Assembly (NCBI GenBank): GCA_951406725.2
Contig: OX597825.1
Coordinates: forward strand, 25,296,001 to 25,360,000
Length of the DNA: 64,000 nucleotides
Origin: Octopus vulgaris
Lineage: Eukaryota
Direction of reading: 5' to 3'
Below, piece by piece: positions 52,011 to 64,000 of the stretch; position 1 is the first letter of the stretch; each line of letters starts with the position of its first letter. Below the pieces are notes generated by a model. That model searched no databases, had not been told where the DNA came from, and was given only the letters and a program-made list of their open reading frames with translations. Both the position numbers and the translations under genes were made by a program.

Positions 52011-52945
52011 ATTCTGTTTGGGTGGTCACTGCTGGTGAGGGTTTTACGAGGTCGGATGGCAAATTCTATCTCCAGCTCTTTCAGTAGCCTTTTACATCAC
52101 GCAGAGGAAATGGTGAGCCTATTATTTGGCATGCCGGAATAGGATATATCGAAATGTGTGCTTGGTCTCTATAACTGCAGTCAAAGTAATAAAAACGGTC
52201 ACACCTCAGCTCTAAGGCAGACCAGACACCCACACTTCCAACCATGACCATAACTATGACCACGATCTTTTTAGGGCCATTTAGGACTTGGTCATAAAAA
52301 AAATGTACCCTGCTTGATCAAGACGATGAGGCTTGATTTCATAGAAATTTGGCTATTATTTCTAGCAAGCGAAGCAACATCGCAAAGGCACCTTGAATCG
52401 TATGTAAAAACAAGTGCTTTAGAGCCGTGAGCTCACGAGCCGTGTTTAGACAGTTCGAAACCTCGATCTACCTCATCGACTCGCTGATTGATTGGGTGGA
52501 ACCGATGTGTCTTAGATGTAAAACAACGGTTAGACAGTTGAGCAATAAAATAATCTATAGCTGGAACCATGTGAAAACTTTTTCAATTCGATCGATCAGA
52601 GAGATCAATTGTTAGGTTTCAGACTGTTAATATACAGGCATTAAAATTGATAAACATATGTCTCCACTCTCCATATCTACATTGATTTTATTGAGTTGTT
52701 AGATGTGCTTACAAACCTTCCTCTCCACCAGTCTACAGACACATACACACACATACGAATACTGGCAGATGCATATACACACATGTACTTACGTTTGCAC
52801 ACGCATCTCCTCTCTCTCTGCTTCAGGCCTCACCGACGCATACTTCGTCGTGCCTGGAAGCTCGGACAAGCCGGCAATAAGTGGCAGTTGTTCTTCCACT
52901 CAAGCTGAAAGTCGGAAAGTTCCAACAGGAAATCCACCGACCATT

Positions 52946-53210
52946 CACCACCACCACCACCACCACCACCACCACCACCACCACACGACCAAGACCACCA
53001 CGACCACCACGACCACCACGACCACCACGACCACGACCACCACGACCACTACCACCACGACCACCATGATCACCACCACCACGATCACGACGACGACGAC
53101 GACCACCACGACGACCACGACCACCACGACCACCACGACCACGACCACGACCACGACGACCACGACCACCACGACGACGACGACCACGACCACCACTTAC
53201 CACCACCACT
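52946..53210. repeat. (CAC)n/(ACG/ACC)n trinucleotide repeat
   Basis: Directly visible; source of poly-H/T/V ORFs. Confidence 0.95.
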
Positions 53211-53784
53211 TACCCCCTCCATTTTTGCCGCCGCCGCCACCAACGCCATCATCACCCCACCACCTTTAAACGAAAACTACAAAAACTCACACACACACAC
53301 TCACACACACACACATCTATACACAAACTGCAAAAATAACCACAACCACAACAGAAAGAACGACATCATCAACAACATCAATAATAAATGACATCACAAT
53401 TTATAAGATGAAGGAAATAGGTTTTCTTTAATTCTGAAAACAAAAGGCATTGAAATTTTGGATTTTTATTTCATTATCAGGGGTGGTGGCAGAAGAACGT
53501 TTTGTCTTTCAGATATTTATTGCATTTGCACACAAAAAATAAATTAAAATAAAATAAAATAAAATAGAAAACAGTTATTTATTAGTGATTTAATACGACC
53601 TCTTCTTTAGAAGCAGGAATGGGAGCTAAAAACGAAGTAGCACCGATTACCCTCTTCGCCAGAATGATTAAAAAATCGCCTCGCCACTTATATATCAAAC
53701 AAAACGTATAACCACCTTTAGAAGGCATAATGCTTGTCTGAGATAAACTCTCTTCATAGACTTGTGTTAAAAACAACTATGCAT

Positions 53785-55093
53785 ACAAACAGTGTTCGGG
53801 TTAAATTTGACAGTTTGCTTAAAAGGAAAAGAAAACAATATCCTATGCAAAAATAGTATTTTTAAAAGATCAAAAAATATTAACTAGATTATGGCTGGGA
53901 GATAATAGCTTGCTCAGAGTAGCTGCCGTCAGCTTCCACCTCGGTTTCAAAACGGTTCCAGGACCTGGTACTGTGTCTCTGAGAAGATCATCGAACACCT
54001 CTTTGATCTTGTCTACCAGCTCGGCTGGTGTCTTTTTCAACCGCGCTCCACATATAGTTATCCGTTGGATTACAATAGGGGGAATTAGGAGGCAAAAAAT
54101 TGGGGTTAATAAAGTCATATAGAAATTCTCTGGCAATTAAGGCGGCGAGCTGGCAGAGACGTTAGCACGTCGGGCGAAATGCGTAGCCGTATTTCGTCTG
54201 CCATTAGGTTCTGAGTTCAAATTCCGCCGAGGTTGACTTTGCCTTTCATCCTTTCGGGGTCGATAAAATAAGTACCAGTTACGCACTGGGGTCGATCTAA
54301 TCGACTTAATCCGTTTGTCTGTGCTTGTTTGTCCTCTCTGTGTTTAGCCCCTTGTGGGTCGTAAAGAAATAGGTATTTCGTCTGTTGTTACGTTCTGAGT
54401 TCAAATTCCGCCGAGGTCGACTTTGCCTTTCATCCTTTCGGGGTCGATAAATTAAGTACCAATTGCGCACTGGGGTCGATGTAATCGACTTAATCCCTTT
54501 GTCTGTCCTTGTATGTCCCCTCTGTTTTTAGCCCCTTGTTGGGGCTAAAAATAAAGAAATAAGAAATTCTCCGGCAACCACTTCTGGCTCTTTCTGGGGG
54601 TATGGCAAGGAGCCAAATCCTGCTGACACACATATGGCATCCCACCGATACCGTCTCCAGCCAAGGTTTGACTTCAGTCTCCAGCAGCTTCACATAGCTG
54701 TCTGAATTGAGCCTAAGGCTCTGTTCAAAGTCGTGGGGATAAATTCTGCTGTGCAGACGCTGCCAGAACGCTCATTGTGTCCCTTTCGGCTGACCACATA
54801 TTTGTAGTCTCTGTTGCAGTTGTCCATGTCATGCCTTACAACATTTACAATGTTCACAGAACACTGAGCAGCAACAGTCATGATGACGGCATTTTGACAC
54901 CCGGCAAGAATCATCATGCTACCGGTAACTCTTTCTCAATATTCAGATGGCTTCCAATCCTCCATATCAGCTAACTTTTTCTGAACCACAACTTTAAGGC
55001 TCACTAACGCTGTCGACTGTTCACTAATATACATGAAGCAGTTCCTGAAGAAAATAGGTGTAATAATCGATAAATTTCGCCCGAATATCCTGC
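53785..55093 (-). mobile_element. Internally deleted Tc1/mariner-superfamily transposon fossil, interrupted by a SINE
   Basis: Minus fragments: N-terminal AAQCSVNIVNVVRHDM...; KLLETEVKPWLE...QQDLAPCHT...SQKWLPENF; PPNSP.CNPTDNYMWSAVEKDT...ELVDKIKEVF; degenerate TIRs near 53785-53815 and 55065-55093. Confidence 0.8.
54137..54561 (+). mobile_element. SINE family A dimer inserted in the transposase
   Basis: 16-bp TSD AGAAATTCTC(T/C)GGCAA at 54121-54136 and 54562-54577. Confidence 0.92.
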
Positions 55094-56377
55094 ATTTATA
55101 TCAAAGGGAGACGAATATCGTTGCTGCTGTGACTCATGAGAATAACAGACATATTTTGTCGCTGATAACATTTGTCACCTGCTAAAACGAAATCGTGCTT
55201 TGATATGTAGGAAGCAATAAATAGAACATCCACTGGTTGGCAGAAGCTTTCTGAGCGGTAGAAACATTCAGTACACGAAATCGATACAGCATTGAATTAA
55301 AATCGCCCTCTGTCTATCATAAAAAAACGTATACCCTTTGTTAGAAAGCGCAATGCTATCGAATTGTTTGAGATCAAATCTCTCCATAGACGTGGAGGGT
55401 TTAACTGTTCGTCTGTTGTTCTTGTTAGCTACTAAGTAGCTACGATGATGTTCGCCTCGCTACGATATATTGTGTGTTTTTAACACATTGAATGGTGTAC
55501 ATGATTTAAGTATGATATACAGATGGCAATTTCAATTTTAGGCTGTTTCAGTTGTGTATATCGAATAAAAAATGATTGAAAACAATATCATAGAGTTAAA
55601 CAAGGCAACCCGGCAACATGGTTTCGGATTTAGTCCCACTGTATGGTAACATGGGCAAGTGTCTTCTACTGTAGCTCCAGGTCGACCAAAGCCTTGTGAG
55701 TGCATCGGGTGAACGATATATATATATATATATATAGCGGCGTACGTACACCCTTGTGCAGTAGGTATGTTTCTAAATTTTATACGACTCTTACTCTATC
55801 TTTTATTCCCCCCTCTCATTTTTCTTTCTTTTTATCGTTACCCCTCTCTCACATTTCTTGGCCACTATTTCCCACTCGATTGTCTCCCTTGTACCTTTCT
55901 CTTTGTCTCTAATTTTTTCTAATCCTTCAATTTCGCTGCCCCCTACCCATCTCTCCTCCTTCCACGTAACCGGTGTTCGGCCAGCGATGATCTTTCTTGG
56001 TCTGACTGCCGACTGCCAACACCTCTTATGTCCATCTCCTATGTTCCTGCCTTTAGGCTTTCACTTCATACACGCCAGCTCAATTTCATTCGTTCTCAGT
56101 CGAAAGACACCTGTTGTTATTTCTTGTTGTTTGTATTCGTAATTGTGTATCATATTCTCGGTTTTTTGTTTGTTTGTTTTTTGTCTTTGTTGCCGTATAT
56201 ATTCGCTAGCTTTCTTACAAAAGAGGTCTAATTTAGCTTAGACTTTTGGGTGTGGGGGACAACCAGATCGAACCATCTCAAGTGTAGCTGCCCGAAATGA
56301 TCGAGGCTTCTGGAACTTGACTAAGGAAAGAAAGCCACGAATGACGCGTCTTTTCTTGCCTGAGCTTCTAATTGTTG

Positions 56378-56414
<37 letters not shown>

Positions 56415-56534
56415 ATCAATTGTGAGTAACAGCTTTACTTTAGGGTTAGCACCAAAGAGGGTCCTGTGAATATCTGGCAAACCCCTCGCTAAAGAGAATA
56501 GAAAAAATCTACACGACCTTCTTAAATTTCGTGA

Positions 56535-56915
56535 GGACTTTACTCATTTGTTTCATTAAGTTGCGGTCATGCTGGGGCACCGCGTTGGAGAATTTTTAGT
56601 CAAATGGATCGACTCCAGTACTTATTTTTTTTAAAGCTTGGTACTTATTCTATCGGTCTCTTTTGTCGAATTGGTAAGTTACAGGAACGTGAACACACCA
56701 ACACCGGTTAAGCGGTGATGGGGGACAAAAACGCACAAAGATATACACACACAAGCATGCACATACCACGGGCTTCTTTCAGTTTTCGTCCATCAAATTC
56801 ACTCACAAAGCTTTGCTCAGCCTGAGGCTATAGTAGAAAACATTAGCCCAAGCTACCACGCAGAGGGACTGAACCCGAAACCATGTGGTTGGAAGCAAAC
56901 TTCTTACCACACAGT
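56535..56915 (-). mobile_element. SINE family C, older copy
   Basis: Diverged but collinear with the family body. Confidence 0.8.
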
Positions 56916-57558
56916 CAAGCAATATCTTGTTCCACCTTGAAAATATTCCCCCGGAGCCCTTCTAACAACAATAATGTATTGTTTTGGGAAATACTACGCT
57001 ATACTTAAAAGTACGATAAACAGAATAACAACGCTTAAAAAGATCCTGTATGATTGTTTTAATATTCTGTCGTCGATACAATATTCCAACGCACATATTA
57101 GAACTTCAAAAAAACAAAATTTTTTTTCTCTGACTGTCTATTTCGATGTGTTAGACAAACAAAAGGGAGATAACTAAGTAGTGTAATGTCAAAACTGATA
57201 AGAAATCTATAGAAAGTTAGAAGGATTGAAAATGCGAGATAAAATATTATAAAAGCTGTCAAAATTTATAATAATCTGTCTCAGCATCTCATCTAAATAC
57301 TGGTGGAAGATAGAGATCGCTTCCTTGGCAATTAATATCTCAAGAGAGACTTTATATTTTACACAAAGATTGAAAACACTTATAAGAAATTACAGTCATT
57401 ACAACATACATACACCCTCTCACTCTTGCTCTCATTCTCTATATATATGTGTGCATATGTGTGTGTATATATATATATATACATATGTATATATATATAC
57501 ATATGTATATATATATATATATATGTAAATATATATATGTACGCACACATATATATCT

Positions 57559-57923
<365 letters not shown>

Positions 57924-57964
57924 GGTGCTCCAGCATGGCCGCTATAAAAATGACTGAAACAAAG

Positions 57965-59720
57965 AAAAGAATGAAAGAATTGCCTGAAAGAAGTTTTCCA
58001 GAATCAACAATACTATCAGAATCAAAGAAGATGCTGAAAAGAGAATTGTTTGGATACATACTGAGGAATTTATAATAAACGAAATTGTGATGTCAAAAGT
58101 GCAACAGAATATTAGGAATTTGGTCATTGTTTGGCTGGAAATTAATTCTGTTCTTCACTTCTGGATGCTGATTTAACTTTCTAAAGTTTCAAACATCCCA
58201 AGTAGAGCTACACGTAATTTCGATTCGCGCTGGGCTACTATCTTGAAGTTAAATAAAAGAAATGATGGCTTATGCTTGTAACACTAAGGATACATAAGCT
58301 GGTTAACAGGATGGCAAATACAACTCTGATACAAAGCTGATTCTTGGCGGACGACTAACAATACATGCCAGAAATATGAATGGTATGAAACATAATCTTG
58401 ACTCGGTTATATCATTCGAAATGAATATAGAGCTGGAGATTGGTTACAATAAATGTTCCTACCCGATTGTATAACGAGGGAAAACCGCAGCCAGTAAAAT
58501 CATATCCCAGTGGCTTGGCTATTTCTCCGAAATCCGAAGACTGCAGTAGGTATCTAATACCATCATATGAAGGCGAAAATATATCCTTGTAGCAGATAAC
58601 ATGTTATCAATGAATATAAAAAAAAATGGGTAAAGACTTCCTTCGGTCATGAATGACCATGGGATTGCACCTAGGGAGTTCCTCTCCAAGGCACAAGTCC
58701 GGGCAAGATTGTTTGTGGATGACCAGCAGTCTCCCATGCATACCAGCCTGCCATCTCCAAGCCACTGATGTAATCCAAGGGAAAGACAAAGGGGCCGATA
58801 TAGCTTGGTCCCCAGTGATGTCGCAACTCATTTTTTTTATATTCATTGATAACGTGCTCAAGAACACAACATACAACCCGGTCCAGGAATCGAACTCACT
58901 ACCTCATGATTGTGAGCCCGACGCTCTAACCACTGAGCCATGCGCTTTCACATCAGTGAATGTAACAACCTGATAAAAATATGATCACTAGGGCTCTCTG
59001 TGTACAATAATTCAGTAACCTACTATATGCGTGTCGTAATAACACTCAAATCACACTTAGAATAAATGACCGGGCGCTTGATGTGATCCAGGTCACTGAA
59101 ATTAAAACCCGAAAACTATTAACTGTACCAGTATTTTCCATATCAGTAGTGTTTATGAACCATTTTTATCCAAAGCGATCCAAGGTGGTGACGTTATAAC
59201 GTCATTTCAAACTGCCTTTGGATTTTGTATTGCATCTCTTTGACAACCTCTATTAATCATTAAGCGTCGAAGTGCATCCTCAGATCAAGTCTGCAAACAC
59301 GAGGTAAATGACATTATGGGACTTGGAAAATAGCTCTCCGGAAATTTTTCCCTGACAGGGACACCCACTTAGAAAAGCTTCAATGTTCTACTAAAACAAG
59401 ATATTAGCTGAAAGGCGTTCTGCTTATCAGCAGAAATTCATGCGCAGCCATATTACCAGAAAACTTCAAAGTGACACTTACATAGATAAGAGAAGCAGCT
59501 TTTCTCCGGTCGACAACCGATTTATTTACTCACTTTGAAGGGTATACATTTTTGCAATCCAAGAATAGGGAATAACGACGAAATACCCAATGTACAAAAG
59601 AAACAGGGCAAATATAACATCTACATGTGACACTGATGTAATCACCGTCATAAGTATTGGCCGAAAATGTTATGACGAAACTGCCAGTCTATAAAGCATG
59701 ACGTCATGATAAAACATGCG
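57965..59720 (+). mobile_element. Old R4/Dong-like LINE reverse transcriptase fossil
   Basis: Ordered broken motifs: IINEIVMSKVQQNIRNLVIVWL..SV.HFWM; FLADD at 58341-58355; LDSVISFEMNIELEIGYNKCSY; EIKTRKLLT; QGG..ITSFQTAF; HFEGYT.AIQE..ITTKY; RHD near 59702. Interrupted by a SINE at 58630-58950. Confidence 0.78.
58630..58950 (-). mobile_element. tRNA-derived SINE (family D-related)
   Basis: Minus head GCGCATGGCTCAGTGGTTAGAGCGTCGGGC...GAGTTCGATTCC (A and B boxes). Confidence 0.82.
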
Positions 59721-59797
59721 TACATGCCTACATACATACATATATACATACATACATACATACATACATACATCATACATACATACATACATACATG

Positions 59798-59866
59798 CAA
59801 AGTCTCGTGAGTGGATTTGGTAGACGGAAACTGAAAGAAGCACGTCGTATATACGCATATACATAC

Positions 59867-59919
<53 letters not shown>

Positions 59920-60115
59920 TGTGTGTGTTCCCCCAGCCATCGCTTGGCAACCGATGTTGGTGTGTTTACGTCCTCGTAACTTAGCGGTTCGGCAACAGAG
60001 AGTGATAGAATAAGTACTGGGCTGACAAAGAATAAGTCCTGGGGGTCACTTTGTTCGACTAAAGACGGTGCTCCAGCATGGCCGTTATCAGATGACTGAA
60101 ACAAGTGAAAAGAAA
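59798..60115 (+). mobile_element. SINE family C 3' portion
   Basis: Body, internal microsatellite and tail match the family. Confidence 0.85.
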
Positions 60116-60119
60116 GAAA

Positions 60120-60528
60120 TGCATATATATACATGCACGCATACATGTATGCATACATACATACATGCATAATGCATACATGCATACATACAAACATATA
60201 TACATACATACATAACACATACATACATGTATTCATACATACATACATGGATACATGCATGCATACATGCAAGCATACATACACACATACACACATAAAT
60301 ACGTACATACATACATACATACATACATACATACATACATACATACATACATACATACATACATACATACATACATACATACATACATACGTACATACAT
60401 ACATACATACATACATAATTATCAACTTGAGACTGTCTCGATTCCAATAAAAGATGTTTGTTACCGAGTTTACAACCGTCTTTTTTATCTATTGGTCGAG
60501 ACAATTCAAAAACTAAAACTAGCACACG

Positions 60529-60564
<36 letters not shown>

Positions 60565-60572
60565 TACACACA

Positions 60573-60604
<32 letters not shown>

Positions 60605-60731
60605 TACACACACGCACTCACACAATATATATATATGTGTATGTATGAATATATATGTATCTGTTTATATATATATATTTATACGTATATACATACAATA
60701 TAAACAATATATATATTATATATAATGTATG

Positions 60732-60789
<58 letters not shown>

Positions 60790-60823
60790 TACATATATAT
60801 ATATATATATATATATGTCTATG

Positions 60824-60874
<51 letters not shown>

Positions 60875-60895
60875 TATGTATATATGTATATATTT
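60120..60895. repeat. (TACA)n/(CA)n/(TA)n compound microsatellite field
   Basis: Directly visible, with a short unique island at ~60420-60520. Confidence 0.92.
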
Positions 60896-61375
60896 CATAG
60901 ATACGATAGATCGTCAAAATATAATTACCAATAACAATACAGATTGTTAAACACACATAGAGTCGGATGTGTGCATGTGTGTGTGTGTACGTGTCTACGT
61001 ATGTCTGCATGTATGCATATGAAGTGAAAGACAGGGGTAGAGATAGATAGATCGATAGATAGATAGATATATAGAAAGAGAGAGTGAGAGAGAGAAAGAG
61101 AGGGAGTTAGAAATTACAGAAGATTAACTGATAGATTGATATAAAGATGGATATATATTTTGATAGCTGGAGCACACGTTGTAACTTTCCATATTTTGAA
61201 TACACTACTCTCTTGAAATTGCTATCTTGTGAATCTTAATATAATTTATATAAAAATCGCTGCCAACTAAAAATAAGTGGATGATTTTATTTCAATTTAT
61301 TTTCAAGTGGCTTATCATAATTGGAATCCCGACGGGCTATCAAACTACAAAACACTTTAAGTAATATATTTCTTG

Positions 61376-61379
61376 TTAC

Positions 61380-61437
<58 letters not shown>

Positions 61438-61441
61438 GTTA

Positions 61442-61515
<74 letters not shown>

Positions 61516-61525
61516 GTTATTGATA

Positions 61526-61587
<62 letters not shown>

Positions 61588-61597
61588 GTTATTGTTA

Positions 61598-61647
<50 letters not shown>

Positions 61648-61657
61648 GTTATTGATA

Positions 61658-61709
<52 letters not shown>

Positions 61710-61735
61710 CATCATCATCATTATCATTATTATTC

Positions 61736-61793
<58 letters not shown>

Positions 61794-61801
61794 CGTTGTT
61801 A

Positions 61802-61877
<76 letters not shown>

Positions 61878-61890
61878 CGTTGTTGTTGTT
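61376..61890. repeat. ~510-bp (TTA)n microsatellite
   Basis: Directly visible; source of poly-I/L ORFs. Confidence 0.97.
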
Positions 61891-63056
61891 ATATCTTTAT
61901 CATATATTATTATTATTTCAGTATCGTTTCTTTATTATTTATTATATTTGTTTGTTTCTTTTTCACGAGGGGGACTAACCTTCGGTTTGAGTGATGTATC
62001 TTGGCAGCCATGCTGCATCGTCTCAAGACAGTTACTTTACAAAGAGTGAAAAAAATATTATTTTTTTTCTTCTCTTTTCCACATTATTGATCTTTCATAA
62101 AAGATGGCTTTTAAATACAGAATGATAAAAAAAAACAAGTAACGTCTTGTGGTGTTTTTCCTACCTTTCTTTCTAGCCACCTTAGAATTTAATCTTCGGA
62201 AATGGTGCAGGCGTACTTGTCCTTTGAACGTAAAACTCTCTTTGTAATATCTGAGCGTAAAATAAGGAGTTTTAAGATACCATCTTTTAACTTGAAGTCT
62301 TAACTTCCAGTATACCTTCTGAGGCTATCAGTCTGGATCATAAATTGTAAATTTCCGAAAATCTCCCATTTTTATTTATTTGAAGAATATACATAATCAA
62401 AGATTGACACTTAATTATTATTATAGCTATCCATAAGGCGGTGAGCTGGCAAAACCATTATCACGTTCTCTGTCGAGTGACGTTACTTCTGAGGTCCTTC
62501 GGAGGAACTCTTATTTCGGACGCTTGTATTTGCAATTGTACTTTCAGTAACATTGTTTCATTAAGTTAAAAAATTTCAATAATGTCTAAGATGTCCTTCC
62601 ATAGTAACAGTTTTTAAAAAATCATATCATCAAAATTTGTTAAAGATACCACTGTGTCTTCAATTTCCTTCCATACTTCCGGATGCTTAAATCATATCGA
62701 AGAAACTTCTTTCATTATGTCAAACATTTCGATTGTCTTTGATTTTGGCCCTTAGTTAAGACTGCCAACAGAGTAACATTCGAACGCATAACATAAAAAA
62801 TCTATTCTATAGAAAATCACTTTATCCATAATAATTTTTTTTTAGAAATTTTAAGATATTTAAAAAATATATATGCATTTTTACAATTTTCCTAACATTG
62901 TTAGATAACCATACGCAGCACAAGTTCCTCTTTTCAGCGGTATACAAGTTTATCCAATCGATGTGGACCACAAGCTAACTTCATAAACGATAACACCATT
63001 GGTCTGGACGTTGAAGACGAGAAATTACGCACGTAAACTTAGCTTTGAAAACAGGA

Positions 63057-63123
<67 letters not shown>

Positions 63124-63225
63124 TTATCTATCTATCTTTAGGTCTAATAAATGTGAATCAAAACATGAGTGTGTATATACATTCTTACATACATGCATAC
63201 GTACATACAAACATACAAACATACA

Positions 63226-63259
<34 letters not shown>

Positions 63260-64000
63260 CATACATATATATATGTGTGTGTGTATCAAATGAAATAAAC
63301 GAAAAACAGGACACAAAGGATGTTGTGGTACATATGTTTCGAGCTTTATAGAACAACTTATTCTTACATCAATGCATAATCGACATAATATATAGTTCAA
63401 AAGCCCTCTTCAGCCGCATGCAATTGCTATACCAAAGATTTGTATCACATTGTGAAAGGTTTGAGAAAAAACATTTGGTATTGTTTATAATGGTAGGTAA
63501 ACCGAGTATCACTGGGAAAGTATGTTTGTAAATCTTCATAGGCGTACATGGTATTATTAGACTCCAAAACAAATCGTCTATGCCGTTTTCTCACTCAATA
63601 TAGAATTCTCACTCAATATAGGATTCACCCTGAATTTATATATATATATATATATATATACCCAAACTTTTATATTTGATATATTTAATATATTTAATGT
63701 GGTCTTATTTGTTTATCTGCATAATTACTTGTATACCCACTCAACTTGATCCCTCACATAGCCTTTCTTGAACCTTGTGGAATCGATCACCTGCAAACAC
63801 ATCGGAGTATAAGTTTGATTCTTCTGAGCACTACTAAGTGTCGTCTGTACGGAGAATCTCTGGATCTTATCTGTGGATTGCATACATTCATTCATACATA
63901 CATACATACATACATACATACATACATACATACATACATACATACACACATACATACACACATACATATACGCATACATACATACAAACATACATACATA

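Noticed and set aside
52703-53269. 188-aa His/Thr-rich mucin-like ORF
   Set aside because: Open only because of the (CAC)/(ACG) repeat; no domain, signal peptide or splice support.
55733-56513. Solo LTR (TATAG...CTACA ends)
   Set aside because: Left end is not TG, no TSD or second copy is visible; too weak to call.

Overview
Eukaryotic, AT-rich, repeat-dominated DNA with no credible intact protein-coding gene; most ORFs in the track are translations of microsatellites or SINEs. The SINE families, R4/Dong-, RTE-, CR1- and Tx1-like LINE debris and the very high microsatellite density look like an Octopus (cephalopod) genome; this is an inference from recognition, not a database result. The only clearly functional genes are two intact tRNA-Cys(GCA) genes (3251-3322, 7023-7094). 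They belong to a hidden cluster of about ten progressively decayed tRNA-Cys copies, and the minus-strand copies sit in a repeated ~0.8-kb flanking unit between 30 and 49 kb. Other notable structure: a tRNA-headed, Pol III-type short element carrying a minimal hammerhead-ribozyme motif in a Penelope-like inverted arrangement (33.6-34.1 kb), further hammerhead-like motifs (2.0, 21.5, 23.3 kb), a near-identical ~716-bp inverted duplication 30 kb apart, a ~740-bp palindrome at 22 kb, GG-terminal MITEs with 8-bp TSDs, and Tc1/mariner and hAT transposase fossils. All alignments were done by eye; boundaries of degenerate elements are approximate.
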